Source of the DNA: Octopus vulgaris
Taxonomy: Eukaryota
DNA: 64,000 nucleotides
Direction: 5' to 3'
NCBI GenBank assembly: GCA_951406725.2
Contig: OX597817.1
Span: 24,242,001-24,306,000 of the forward strand
The position numbers and the translations under genes were made by a program. Shown here piece by piece: positions 1 through 12,229 of the stretch; the stretch's first letter is position 1; the number at the start of each line of letters is the position of its first letter. A model generated the notes under the pieces. That model saw nothing but the letters and a program-made list of their open reading frames with translations. It was not told the DNA's origin and made no database searches.

Positions 1-90
1 TAGACACTATGAAGGTTTGAAAGAAATCCTGTAATTTGACAGCAATGTTCAGTGTCAAGATGTCTTGAATTATTGAGAGTTCTTTCTTAC

Positions 91-343
91 CAATCACTGC
101 ATGTTCCGGAATGTAAATGTTTTCTGGTAACCATGTCAAGATGACTACAAGCACCATCAAGGGAGGAAATTGCGCACAAGATTCTGAGATGGAGTGCATT
201 TTCAATCTGATGCCATCTCCTTGACTGCTTCTTTGGGAAGCTGATATTGATTGATACATATATTATTACTGTGCCATGCAATTCATTGCAATACAATATA
301 AGGCAATGAAACCGACAGTCAACATAATCAGTAGGAATTTTTC
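91..343 (-). CDS. Candidate exon of an unidentified host gene, possibly a first coding exon with a signal-peptide-like stretch
   Basis: Strong donor GATTG|gtaaga at 90 and a weaker tag| acceptor at 344. The sequence is non-repetitive. ATG at 259 or 199 gives ...MHSISESCAQFPPLMVLVVILTWLPENIYIPEHAVI plus a phase-1 intron; a second frame is open across the whole exon. Confidence 0.4.
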
Positions 344-1006
344 CTATTTTTATATTAGAAATAGACAAATGTCCTTTTCCTTAAAAATAAATTGTCTTGA
401 TAATGATTTATTGCCAAAATAACCCTCCCAAGATTAAAATTTATATTTTCAGAAATATTTTACCTATTTCTTTTGACATATAATTACCTATGTATTTGCT
501 TGTCTGTCCGTTTGTCTATGCACCTAAGTGTTTGCAAACGTGTGTATGTGTGAGTGTGCATATGTATAAATGTATATGTATTTATGTATGTGTGTGAGAG
601 AGAGCATTCTCTGGAAACTTCTTTGCAATGTCGGTGGTAGTAACACTATGAGAAGTTGCCAATATTAAAATTATTTCTAGCTGACAGAATAATTGTTTTG
701 GAGAGTAAGCTGTATATCAGTAACAAAGCAATATCTGTGTGTTGGTATGTGTAAATGTGTGTACATGCATGTATGATTTGAGAATCAACAGGTAAGATTT
801 TAATATAAATAATATTCAGAATCATAAATTCTATATGTTTAAGTAAACAACATGAGATTAATAAAAGTAAATACTCCCAACTTGAATTGAACTAAGTACA
901 TCTTGGAAAGTATCAAACATGGGCAAGAGAACCCCTGGAGGGTATTGTTAGCCCACGAATGTCAAAAGGGCCCAATGAGAATTTTGGGTGCTAAGAGGTT
1001 GTAGAA

Positions 1007-1423
1007 GGCGGCGAGCTGGCAGAATCATCAGCACGCCGGGTGAAATGCTTTGTGGCATTTCGTCCACCAGTACTTTCTGAGTTCAAATTCCACCGAGGTC
1101 TACTTTGCCTTTCATCCTTTCAGGGTTGATAAATTAAGTACCAGTTACGCACTGGGGTCGATATAATCGACTTAATCCGTTTGTCTGTCCTTGATTGTCC
1201 TTTCTGTGTTTAGCCCCTTGTGGGTAGTAAAAAGAAGTAGTATTTCATCTGCCGTTCTGTTCTGAGTTCGAATTCCGCCGAGGTTGACTTTGCCTTTCAT
1301 CCTTTCGGGGTCGATAAATTTAGTACCAGTTATGCACGAGGGTTGATGTAATCGACTTAATCCCTTTGTCTGTCCTTCTTTGTTCCCTCTATGTTTAACC
1401 CCTTGTGGGCAATAAAGAAAGTA
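1007..1423 (+). mobile_element. tRNA-derived SINE (family A) with its 3' part duplicated in tandem
   Basis: GGCGGCGAGCTGGCAGAA head. The GCCTTTCATCCTTTC(A/G)GGG core occurs twice. TSD-like taagag(g/a)ttgt flanks. Other copies occur in the window. Confidence 0.8.
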
Positions 1424-1734
1424 ATAAGAGATTGTGATGTATTATAGAAATACAATAACTAATCTGGGTACAATAGTTATATTTTACTCATATTTTCAGG
1501 TCATTGCTGGGATTAAAACATGCATAAGACACTGTGTTATCAGGAAACATAACTGATAATACACCAAGATCCAATATCAGTTCATTTTATAACTCCTCAA
1601 CTTCTTCAGTAATTTCCATATAAATTTAAGATATGAAACCCTAACCCATGCAAATATTAAAGATAAGACACATGATGGATAAGGTACTATGTAAATATAG
1701 AGTAAACCATTACACAAAATTACGTATGCATCAT

Positions 1735-2395
1735 GATCATCATCATCATTTAACAACCATTGTCCATGCTGGCATGGGTTGGACTGTTTGGACAGAGCTG
1801 GCAAACTGGGAAGCTGCATCAGACTCCAGTCTTATTTGGCATGGTTTCTATGGCTGAATGCCCTTCTTAATGCCAACCACTTTACAGAGCATGCTGTGTG
1901 CTTTTACATGGGACCACACGGACACTTTTATGTGGCGCTGTACAACACGGGTGATTTTACACACTCTTACATGGCACCAAATGTGTGCTTTTATGACACT
2001 TTTATATTACACAGCATGGGTGCTTTTACATGGCCCCACAAGCACACTTTCATGTAGCACCACACGGTCACTTTTAAGTGGCACCACACAGGTACTTTTA
2101 CATGGAACCACATGCATATTTTTATGCAGCATCACATAAACGCCTTTATGTGACATCACACAAGTACTTTGACATGGAACCACATGCACACTTTTATGTA
2201 GTTCCACATGTGCACTTTTGTGGCACCACATGGGTGCTTTTTCATGGAACCACATGCACATTTTTATGTAACACTACATGAGCAATTTTATGTAACACCA
2301 CATGGGTGCTTTTATATGGCATCACATGCACACTTTTATGTAGCACCACATGACCACTTTTATGTGACACTGTCACAAGTGCTTTACACCACCAG
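1735..2395 (-). repeat. Degenerate RTE 3' tail plus a ~21-bp minisatellite (ttttayrtggcaccacatgsry)
   Basis: (CAT)n tail and CCATGCTGGCATGGGTTGGAC match the RTE tail at 63.2 kb; about 20 short units lie at 1900-2395. Confidence 0.75.
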
Positions 2396-2569
2396 AAGAA
2401 TCAGTCTTAAGACTTCTGTTGTGGAATATTGAGAAATATATCCCTTCATTAAGAGACGGTGTGAGAAAATATTTGAGTTCGGATTATTGTGGAAAAGGAG
2501 GAGATAGGAAATATGAAGGGAAATGTGAAAATGAAAGTAAAAATAAGACATATAAAGACATTGTACTTG

Positions 2570-3890
2570 CAGTTCCGTTATTCAGTGGAGCCCTAACGTT
2601 ATGCATATTTGGGATATAATTTTCACAATAATTTGCCAGTCCTAGAAATGTTTGTACTGTCGCTATATAAGTTGGAGGAGGCTTATTTTAAATTGTGTCT
2701 GCACTTGATGGGTCAGGTAGTCGTCCATTTTTGTCAATAATTTGTCTTGAATAGCTTATTTCCGGTAAGAAAAATCCACACTTGTTTTCGCTCACACTAT
2801 CTGCTGAAAAATCGTTGTTGCAACTTTTAAACCAAATGGTAACCTGTTATATTTATACAGTCATTTATATGTGTTGATTGCTTGGTATTTCGAGCATTCA
2901 TTGTCTACTCTAATTTGTAAGTACACGTCAAAGAGATCCAAATTAGAAAATATCTTTCCACCGTTTAACTTCACAAAAATATCCCCCAGAGTAGGTAGCG
3001 AATAGTGGCACATTTTAAGACATTCGTTTAATCAGTGGAAAAATCAGCACACACTCTGATTTTATTTCATTTTGTCTCAATACACACAGTTGGTGCTGCC
3101 CATTTAGAATATTCCACTTAGTGGGTAACTTCAATTATTTCTAGTTTCTCCGGTTCTTCATTGACTTGCTTCATCGCTATGATGGGTACCATTCATTTTG
3201 GTCTAAATATTGGTATGGCGTTATCATACCTTTTTCTTATCCATCCAATTTTTACATTCTTCCTTGATTATTTCTTCATATCTTCTGAAATATGCAGAAA
3301 AAGTAATACCTTCTTCTGGGTTATAACTAAATTCTGCAATTGCGTTTGCTATGCTGTCTGGCGAGAATGAGCCTGAAGTATTTTTGGACTTAAACATTAA
3401 TTCCAGCAACAGTTGGTATTGTTGCCGAAATTGCTGCTGTAACTGTTGTTGCCGTTGCTAATGCAACTGCACCACGGAGGCTAATAAGTATTCCATGTTA
3501 ACTAATTTTTCTTTGATTTGTATCACAAGGAAAAGCTAATGTCTGACGTAAGCTTCGAATAAACTTGTCGCCTCTTTTGTAAGTAGATATCCTCTTCACC
3601 TCGTTTATAAGTGGATACCCTAGTTGCCACTTTTGTATCCTTCTATACATTGGATGTACAGATTTCACAAAGTGGGGATAGACACAACTGTCTTCACGTA
3701 ATGTACTTCAAATTACTCTACTAAACAGGATACTCCAATAAATACAAACTCTCAAAGATTTGAACGACTTCCACAAACTTTCACGACTCATACGATTCCT
3801 CTTGTCTCAATGAATTTGCTACTTTTTATATGCGTTTGGCTAGTCCATTCTTCCAATCCCACAGGGGTGTCAATTACTCTCGCCTCAACA
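2570..3890 (-). mobile_element. Decayed Gypsy-type LTR retrotransposon (LTR, gag fragment, RT fragments)
   Basis: Minus-strand fragments IRVCADFST, IFVKLNGGKIFSNLDL, YNRLPFGLK and FLGLANY; gag-like FSYNPEEGITFSAYFRRYEE; TGT...ACA LTR-like block at ~3634-3890 next to a TGGCAAC PBS-like motif. Confidence 0.75.
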
Positions 3891-4460
3891 ATATGTATGT
3901 ATGTATGCATGCATGTATGTATTTGAACAACAGACTCAAGGGAATATTTAACAAATACATTTATATTGACATTGTGATATTGTCATTAAATATATATTTC
4001 AATATTTGGAAGTCGTACTGAAAATTTTATTGATATCATGGATTTCAACTTTGATCTTATGTGGCCATCTCACATATTTCACAGTCCGATTACATTGATA
4101 TTGACTCAGACGATATTAGTATTGAAGAATTTTTTACTTTAGATACCATCAATATTTACTATCATTTGGAGATTAAGTGAATTTGTTATAAAGGATAGAT
4201 TTGACCTTATTTATACAAATCTCTGATAGAATTACTGTAAAAGGTTTCCTCTGAACTGGGATTAATAGCAAACTTGCACTATTTCACTGCTTAGAATGTG
4301 TGAAAAATGATTCAGCATTCTGATAAAATTTAGATGAATTTTTCACAGAGGCTTACTGTATTTTTAGATACTGACAAAACGGTTGAAGTAAATACAGTAG
4401 AAGAAAAGACAAAATAACACATAGAAAAATACCTATTTATTGTGTTAGAAAGGAAAATTT

Positions 4461-4691
4461 ATGGAAAAGGAATTATGTGAGAATGAGGTTAAATGTAAAA
4501 GGCAATCTAAAGGAACTGATATTCCTGATGAGATGACAAAAGAGATAAGACGAAAAAACTTGAAAGCCAGACACTGTGATATCTGCAGTAAATCATTGTC
4601 TGTTATTGGTGTCTTAACTGAACACAAATGCATACATATAGGAGAGATGTCATATTGCTATGGAAATTGGCAAACAATTCTCTTCAAATGA
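4461..4691 (+). pseudogene. Truncated C2H2 zinc-finger gene fragment
   Basis: HCDICSKSLSVIGVLTEHKCIHIGEMSY is CxxC-x12-HxxxH with a degenerate HTGEKPY linker; the frame then decays into microsatellite. Confidence 0.6.
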
Positions 4692-4873
4692 CATTTGTAG
4701 CAGAACAATATATATGTGTATGTGAGTGAGTGTGTGTATGTGTGTGCGCGCGCACGCATGTCTGAGTATGATGATGGTTGCTCCTGTCAGTTTTCACATG
4801 AGTGTTTGAAGAAGAGAACTTAAAGTTAAAGAGAGTAATAGAAAGAAAGAAAAAGAAATATTTGTATGTAAAT

Positions 4874-4904
<31 letters not shown>

Positions 4905-4996
4905 TATATGCATATTTATGTATACATATATATTTATATATGCATGTGTATATATATAATATATAAATATGTGTGTGTGTATTATGTGTGCATATA

Positions 4997-6067
4997 TCCC
5001 AGCTTAGTTTTTCTAATGCTCGTTGCTTAGTTTTTCTTGGAGGGCTGGCCGTGATCTAGTAATCTCAAGATTAATCAGCCGAAATTACTACGATGATCCG
5101 GTTCTTGACTGAAGACTGAGGGTTTCGAATGTCCTGTCCGTGTTTATTGTATCGTTTTCTTGAGTTATACGTTCTTGTCCATGTTGTATTTTTCTACATA
5201 CCTTAACATATATTCCAGGCGCCACGTACCCTCTTAACATTAATGTGAGCACATATTCTTAATAACTGGTACGACTCTTTGTTTGTCTCTCTCTCTCTCT
5301 CTCTCACTTTTACTTGATCTGTCCCCTTCTCTCTCTACTCATCCTCTTTTTCTCTTCTCTTTCCTCTGATTCTTTGGTCTAATCTTCCACTACCCTCCTA
5401 TTTCTTTGTCTCGCTCTGCACTCACAGGTCGCTCTTCGACACCCATCCCTTCTCCTCTCTGATTCCTTCTTTCTCTCTCTTCTCTCTCTTTGTTGCGTTT
5501 GTCCCTCCTCTCTCTCTCTCTCTCTCTCTCTCCGTTGCTTCTCTTTCTTTTCTTTTCTCTCTTCTCTGTCACGTGACTGCCGGCCGAAATCTGCCTTTCA
5601 GCTTCTGACCAGCGTCGTGTTAACATCGTTGTTTTTCGTCCGCCGCTATAGGCATCGCCGATAAGGCTCCTTTCCTTGCGCCAGAGAAAAAATTTGTTTG
5701 CTTGTTATCAGTCGTAAGACACTTGTTGTTGTTTTCACCGTTAATGCTTCTGTATTTCATGTTTCTGTATTCCATTATTTTTTTGTTTTTTTATATTCGT
5801 CCCTTTTGCTGTCCTGGTGTCCGTATGCATTCGATCCTTCTTCCAGGAAATCTAATCTCCCAGCTTAGTTTTTCTAATGCTCGTTGCTTAGTTTTTCTTG
5901 GAGGGCTGGCCGTGATCTAGTAATCTCAAGATTAATCAGCCGAAATTACTACGATGATCCGGTTCTTGACTGAAGACTGAGGGTTTCGAATGTCCTGTCC
6001 GTGTTTATTGTATCGTTTTCTTGAGTTATACGTTCTTGTCCACGTTGTATTTTTCTACATACCTTAA
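4997..6067. mobile_element. Non-coding element with 210-bp direct terminal repeats (4997-5206, 5858-6067)
   Basis: The repeats are near-identical (one mismatch seen), with period 861 bp, a CT-rich interior and TA-rich flanks. Confidence 0.7.
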
Positions 6068-6551
6068 TATATATATATATATATAAATAAATAAATAAAA
6101 GAAGAGTGTATAATTGCAATAAAATCACAATTATAATGGAGAAGGTTATAAGAATCCTTACACACCTAGAAATAGTAGGCAGTCGAAGCTGCTGAAAAGT
6201 CATTATAAACACTCATATTACATCTCATCAATCATAAAAGCTGTTGACGACTGACATGATGCAAAAATTCAAAATTTAAATAAAAATAAAATTTTAGTCT
6301 TCTATTGCAATTTCAAAGTTAGGAACCAAAAATGGATCGATTCTTCTCTTCAGGAGAACGTTTCTGTACATAGGAATTAACGCAAAAAAGCATATTTTGG
6401 GGCTTAAGATTTGCCCCGACAAGCAAGAGTAATGTGTCAACGTCTATCTACACATTTCAAATTCTGAATTCAAACGTTATGCAAAACGCTTATAAGAAGA
6501 GGCCAGTTCAGCAAGCCACAGCGGAAAAAATGGATATGAGTGAACAATAAA

Positions 6552-6876
6552 TAATAATAGAGGAATGAATGTAAAAATACATTATGCAAGATATATCGTA
6601 AACAATTGAAAATTATTTGCAAAATATCAGTGGGCAGAACATACAATCAAAAAGTTTTTCATAAAAATTTTTAACGGCTTTGACTCATATTTCTAGGCGT
6701 GTAAAGGTTTTTATGACACGCTCCGTTATAATATGAATTTTTCACAATTATACACTCTTCTTTTATGGATAAAATTTTTGATTGCATGTTCTGGCCACTG
6801 ATATATTCGTAAATAATTTTGAACTGATTACGATATATCCTGCATAATGTATTTTTACATTTATTCCCCTTTTATT
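6552..6876. mobile_element. Degenerate MITE or foldback element with ~115-bp inverted arms
   Basis: aatgtaaaaatacattatgcaagatatatcgtaa... is the reverse complement of ...ttacgatatatcctgcataatgtatttttacatt. Confidence 0.7.
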
Positions 6877-7110
6877 GGGTTGTCCGGAAAGTTCGTGCTG
6901 ATTTTTAAAGGAAAGAAAAAGGTCAATAAATACTTGCCATTACATTTTTAATCAACCAAATATGAACCATTTTGTTGCACAATGCATCTCCATCTTCCCT
7001 TTAACTTGGAAATACCCTCTTCCTAGAATTGAGGTGGTTTCCTGGCAAATAATTCATCAAGGTATCTTTTTACGTCATCCAAGGAATTGAAATTTTTACT
7101 ATTAAGACTG
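6873..7110 (-). mobile_element. Mariner transposon 3' end (TIR plus transposase C-terminus)
   Basis: SLNSKNFNSLDDVKRYLDELFARKPPQF*EEGISKLKGRWRCIVQQNGSY; terminus TATTGGGTTGTCCGGAAAGTT. Confidence 0.8.
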
Positions 7111-7200
7111 TGAGTGGATTTGGTAGACGGAAACTGAAAGAAGCCCGTCGTATATATATATATATATATACGACGAGCTTCTTTCAATTTCCGTCTACAC

Positions 7201-7235
<35 letters not shown>

Positions 7236-7441
7236 GTGTGTGTGTGTATATGTTTGTGTGTCTGTGTTTGTCCCCCCAACATCGCTTGACAACCGATGCT
7301 GGTGTGTTTACGTCCCTGTAACTTAGCAGTTCGACAAAAGAGAACGATAGAATAAGTAGTAGACTTACAAAGAATAAGTCCTGGGGTTAAAGGCAGGTGC
7401 TCCAGCATGGCCGTAGTCAAATGACTGAAACAAGTAAAAGA
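7108..7441 (+). mobile_element. SINE family B (abundant tRNA/CORE-like SINE with an internal microsatellite), 5'-truncated
   Basis: GTGAGTGGATTTGGTAGACGGAAACTGAAAGAAGCCC...GCTCCAGCATGGCC..AGTCAAATGACTGAAACAAGTAAAAG is shared with about 10 other copies in the window. Confidence 0.85.
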
Positions 7442-7457
7442 ATGGAAGTGTAAAAAA

Positions 7458-7488
<31 letters not shown>

Positions 7489-7521
7489 CTTTATTTTAAG
7501 CAGCAGAAAATTCAACAAAAT

Positions 7522-7559
7522 CTGTTACTCTGAGTTTCTCGTTGCCGTTCATCAGACAG
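7522..7559 (-). ncRNA. Minimal type I hammerhead ribozyme motif
   Basis: CUGU-CUGAUGA-ACG GCAA CGA-GAAA-CUC A GAG-UA^ACAG: intact core, 4-bp stem I, GUA site, and one mismatch closing stem II. Confidence 0.7.
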
Positions 7560-8689
7560 TTGAATTTTCTGCTGCTTAAAATAAAGCATATTACTCTACC
7601 ACTGGTATTTGAGTACTCTTTTTCCACCTTGTTTCACATTTATGTGTTTACTCCGGTATATATATATATATATATATTCATGTATATATGTACATATGAA
7701 CACATGTATATGCATGTATATATGTACATATGAACACATACACACATGGCGCACACATATAAATATATGCATGTATATTTTCTTTTATTTTATACACTAT
7801 TTTATCGAAGTTTGTTCTTATTAACGATTTTCCATATTTCCTTATTAATCATTTATATATTGTTTAGAACAATAATATTCCTAAATTGATAAAACTAATA
7901 AGAGAAATCAAGCTTGAATATAGTTGTTTTAATATAACATGAGAAAGAAATTCCATTCCAGCTTTACACATACATATGCATGCACACACACAGACACACA
8001 CACACACAAATGCATGGCTGTGCACACAGCCACCAAGACATGCATACATGAATGTGTATCTATTTTTTCCTTGTGGTTTTAGCTGAAAGTTAATAATTGC
8101 GAAGGTATTACAAGACTTCAGTAAATGTTAATAGTCTTTTTTTACTTATTCTGATTCATCTGCTTTGGCTGTATTTTTCCAATTGCACTTAGCTAGATGA
8201 CATACTGAGTTGCTTTTTTAATGAATTGTCCTTGAGCTGACTTATACATATTTATCTTTAAAGATAAAATCAGAAGCAGCTGAAATATGGTACAGATTAA
8301 ATTTATACTTTTATTAATGATAGTATATCATGTTTACTGATATATATACAACAAAGTATAGCTGTGAATAATGCTTTCCTATTCCTAATAACATAAAGAA
8401 AGAAGGATAGAAATAGAATATGGAAATGATAAATAGTAAGTCAGGTGCACAAATGATAATATACGTAATGTAGTTGGTAAAAAGTTTCAGTTAATTAGGA
8501 TTACTGCTGCAGTGTGAGGGGAAATATAGGTCTCTATGAATAATTTTGATCAAATCTACTCAAAACAAAGGAATAAAAATTCTGAAAATTAATTAAAATG
8601 TGAATTACACTTGCAGTATGAATGTGAGAAGATAACGATATTAACTCAAGGACTAACATTAATTTGATTTTATATTTGAAAATTATATG

Positions 8690-9017
8690 CTTCCGTGCCG
8701 GTGGCATGTAAAAGGGCACCATTTGAGCGTGATCGTTACCAACGTCGCCTTACTGGCACCTGTGCCGGTGGCATGTGTAAAAAGATTTGAGCAAGGTCAT
8801 TGCTAGTACCGCCTGACTGGCCCCTGTGCCGGTGGTACATAAAAAGCACCCACTACACTCTCGGAGTGGTTGGCGTTAGGAAGGGCATCCAGCTGTAGAA
8901 ACTCTGCCAGATCAAGATTGGAGCCTGGTGCAGCCATCTGGTTCGCCTGCCCTCAGTCAAAATAGTCCAACCCATGCTAGCATGGAAAGCAGACGTTAAA
9001 TGATGATGATGATGATG
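8690..9017 (+). mobile_element. RTE LINE 3' tail
   Basis: GTGCCGGTGGCA repeats, CACTACACTC..GGAGTGGTTGGCGTTAGGAAGGGCATCC and a (GAT)n end, as after the RT ORF at 63.1-63.25 kb. Confidence 0.85.
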
Positions 9018-9341
9018 CATGCTTTGGTCTTGTTAAATCTTGTCCTCAAAGAAAATCCTTCCTCGATGGTTGCCATGTTTAGTGATTGAGTATCACAATT
9101 TAAAGGAACAAGAAATTGACATTGCAACATAAAGTAAGGGTTGTGGGGAGTCTCTTAGGGGTACCATCCACATGAAATGCAATAGCTGAGTGTATGCCAA
9201 CATGTTTAATGTAATGAGACAAGAATTTTCAATGAATTATAATATTTTTCAGTGAAGAGAATGGTTGCATCAGCGTAATGGCAGATGTTTATCAGATTTA
9301 ATTAAGGCAAACCCAACATTTTAACTAATTGAAATTTGAAT

Positions 9342-9800
9342 TCATCATCATCGTTTAACGTCCGTTTTCCACGCTAGCACGGGTTGGACGGTTCGACCAG
9401 GGTCTGGGAAGCCAGGGGCTGCACCAGGCTCCAGTCTGATCTGGCAGAGTTTCTACAGCTAGATGCCCTTCCTAACACCAACCACTCCGTGAGTGTAGTG
9501 GGTGCTTTTTACGTGCCACCGGCAAAGGTGCCAGGGGGACCCGGCATCGGCCACGATCAGTTGGAGCTTTTAACGTGCCACCGGCACAGAAGCCAGCCAA
9601 GGCGGCGCTGGCAACGGCCACGTTCGGATGGTGCTTTTTATATGCCACCGGCACGGAAGCCAGCCAAGGCGGCGCTGGCAACGGCCACGTTCGGATGGTG
9701 CTTTTTATATGCCACCGGCACAGAAGCCAGTCGGGGCGGAGCTGGCATCGGCCACGTTCGGATGGTGCTTTTTATGTGCCACTGGCACAGGTATCACAAC
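9342..9800 (-). mobile_element. RTE LINE 3' tail with ~5 tandem 62-69-bp units
   Basis: Reverse complement of the RTE tail; GTGCCACCGGCA recurs at ~9513, 9574, 9643, 9710 and 9776. Confidence 0.85.
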
Positions 9801-10397
9801 TACTATTTCCATTGATATTTATTTTGATGTTCATGTTCTTGACTCAACAGGTCTCCTCAAGCACAGCGGGACGTTCTGGGATCCAGGGTACTTTGAATGG
9901 GCAATTACGAATAGATTACCTATAGTACATATATTTATCTAATCTAATCTTTGACAGTGGTAATGCTGGATATGTTTCAGTATTTTTTAATCTCATTAAT
10001 AAAGTATAATCGTTAGCAGTGCTTATCAAATCTAATGACTGATTATCACTATATTAATATAGAGGAATTGCCATGACAATTTTGCATAATAAATGAAATC
10101 TGTTTATGAACCCTATTTTGGCCTGCATCCATGCAATAAATATATATATCTAGAGAATATTACAAACAAAAACAGAAGCTAAAAATGACAAAAGCATGAC
10201 AAGACTACAAATCCAAATTATTATGCTGCAGAAGCAAGAAAGAAAAGTCACTATTTCCTGCAATTGTCTTTATCAAGACAATAGAAAAAGGCAATGTGCA
10301 TTTTTCAAGACATAGAAAAATGCAATGTGCTGTTATCAGAGAAGAAGCATGTGACCAAATATATTCCATTCCATTTCATATACATACATATATATAT

Positions 10398-10430
<33 letters not shown>

Positions 10431-10584
10431 GTAATATAATAAATAAATAAAATATATGCATATATACATACATATATGTACATACTTACATCTACATGTA
10501 TATATACATATGCATGTATATTATTTATTTATTATATTACTATATGACCGAACGCACGCGTTATTTCTCTATTTCTCTTCTCCA

Positions 10585-10615
<31 letters not shown>

Positions 10616-10879
10616 GCATTAGTTTCCTTTTTCTCCTTTTATCTGTTTTGCCAAAAGGCACCTATCCAAAATGCTAATGTTGCTTTATCTTCCTTTGCAA
10701 TGTTATTACATGGACCTGGTGCATCTCTTTTATTTATTGTTTTTGTCACTGCTTTTGCTTGCGATTTACCTTGGATGCAAAATAATGATTGGGGTTAATT
10801 ATTTAGAGAAGCAAAGAAAGCAAAAATGTGTTTATCTGGTTAGTTATTTAGCTTACAAACATGTATACTACTTACTCTT

Positions 10880-11283
10880 TACTCTTTTACTCTTTTACTT
10901 GTTTCAGTCATTTGACTGCGGCCATGCTGGAGCACCGCCTTTAGTCGAGCAAATCAACCCCGGGACTTATTCTTTGTAAGCCCAGTGCTTATTCTGTCGG
11001 TCTCTTTTGCCCAACCGCTTAGTGACGGGGACGTAAACACACCAGCATCGGTTGTCAAGCAATGCTAGAGGGACAAACACAGACACACAAACATATACAT
11101 ACACATATATATACATATATACGACAGGCTTCTTTCAGTTTCCGTCTACCAAATCCACTCACAAGGCATTGGTCGGCCCGAGTTTATAGCAGAAGACACT
11201 TACCCAAGATTCCACACAGTGGGACTGAACCCAGAACCATGTGGTTGGTAGGCAAGCTACTTACCACACAGCCACTCCTCCGC
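10880..11283 (-). mobile_element. SINE family B, full length
   Basis: tRNA-like head GGAGTGGCTGTGTGGTAAGTAGCTTG...GGTTCAGTCCC on the minus strand, plus the shared body and tail. Confidence 0.85.
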
Positions 11284-11747
11284 CTTACATGCATATACTA
11301 TATACAGTTATATGCATACATACACACAGACATATATACATACATAAGTATAATGTTGGCTTTTTGAAGAAAGAGCAAAAGAAACTGCAGCACATTCTTG
11401 AAATCCTACGTATTAGAGGAACAGAGAAGGTTTGTAAGAGGTTATTTAGATGGATAGATGTACACATTTGGGTGTGTTCATCAACAGATCAACAAACACA
11501 TTATTAATTCAACCACATATTTACAAATACCGGGAACCCTCTTAATGCAAAACGTCTTGTTGCTTTATCAGCAACCAGCTTGAAATCTCTTAAGACAAAC
11601 TTAAATAAAACTAAAAGAAATGACATCTATACATACATGGCTATATTGTCACTGATAATATATAGTAAAGTGGAAATATATTTCAAAGTGACAGTCAGAT
11701 CAGATTGGAGCCTGGTGCAGCCTTCTGGCTTCCCAGATCCCAGTCAA

Positions 11748-12069
11748 GGTTTTGTAAAGTAAGTTTGTTCCTTCTTGAGCTATGCCTGGTTCATAAGGGC
11801 CGGTTTCCCAGTTTCCTTGGTGTATATAGGTTCCCCACCTGGATGGGACGCTGGTCCGTCACAGGTGGGCTGCAAGATGCAGGAGGAAAGAGTGAGGGAA
11901 AGTTGTGGTGAAAGAGTCAGCAGAAGTTCACCATTACCTTCTGCCGGAGCCGTGTGGAGCTTAGGTATTTCGCTCATAAACACACACACATCGCCCAGTC
12001 TGAGATTCGAACCTGCGATCCCTCGATTGCGAGTCTGCCGCCCTAACCACTAAGCCATGTGCCTCCACT
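11748..12069 (-). mobile_element. tRNA-derived SINE (family D) inserted into an RTE tail
   Basis: 12-bp TSD GATCCCAGTCAA at 11736-11747 and 12070-12081; A box TGGCTTAGTGG and B box GGTTCGAATC. Confidence 0.85.
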
Positions 12070-12229
12070 GATCCCAGTCAAACCGTCCAACCCATGCTAG
12101 CATGGAAAGCGGACGTTAAACGATGATGATGAGGATGATGACTGTCTGTGTGTGATGCTATCTACACCTACAGTAAAAATCCTGTTCTTTTTATCTAGAA
12201 AAATTGAAGTAAATGCAGATTAACACACA

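Noticed and set aside
5030-5135. Possible hammerheads (GGCTG..CAGCC-GAAA; CTGAAGA..CGAAT) in the 210-bp repeat
   Set aside because: Core and stems cannot be completed together: the first lacks CUGANGA, the second lacks stem II and GAAA.
9384-9942. Overlapping 104-143-aa ORFs with repeats
   Set aside because: They are antisense readings of the RTE 3'UTR tandem array.
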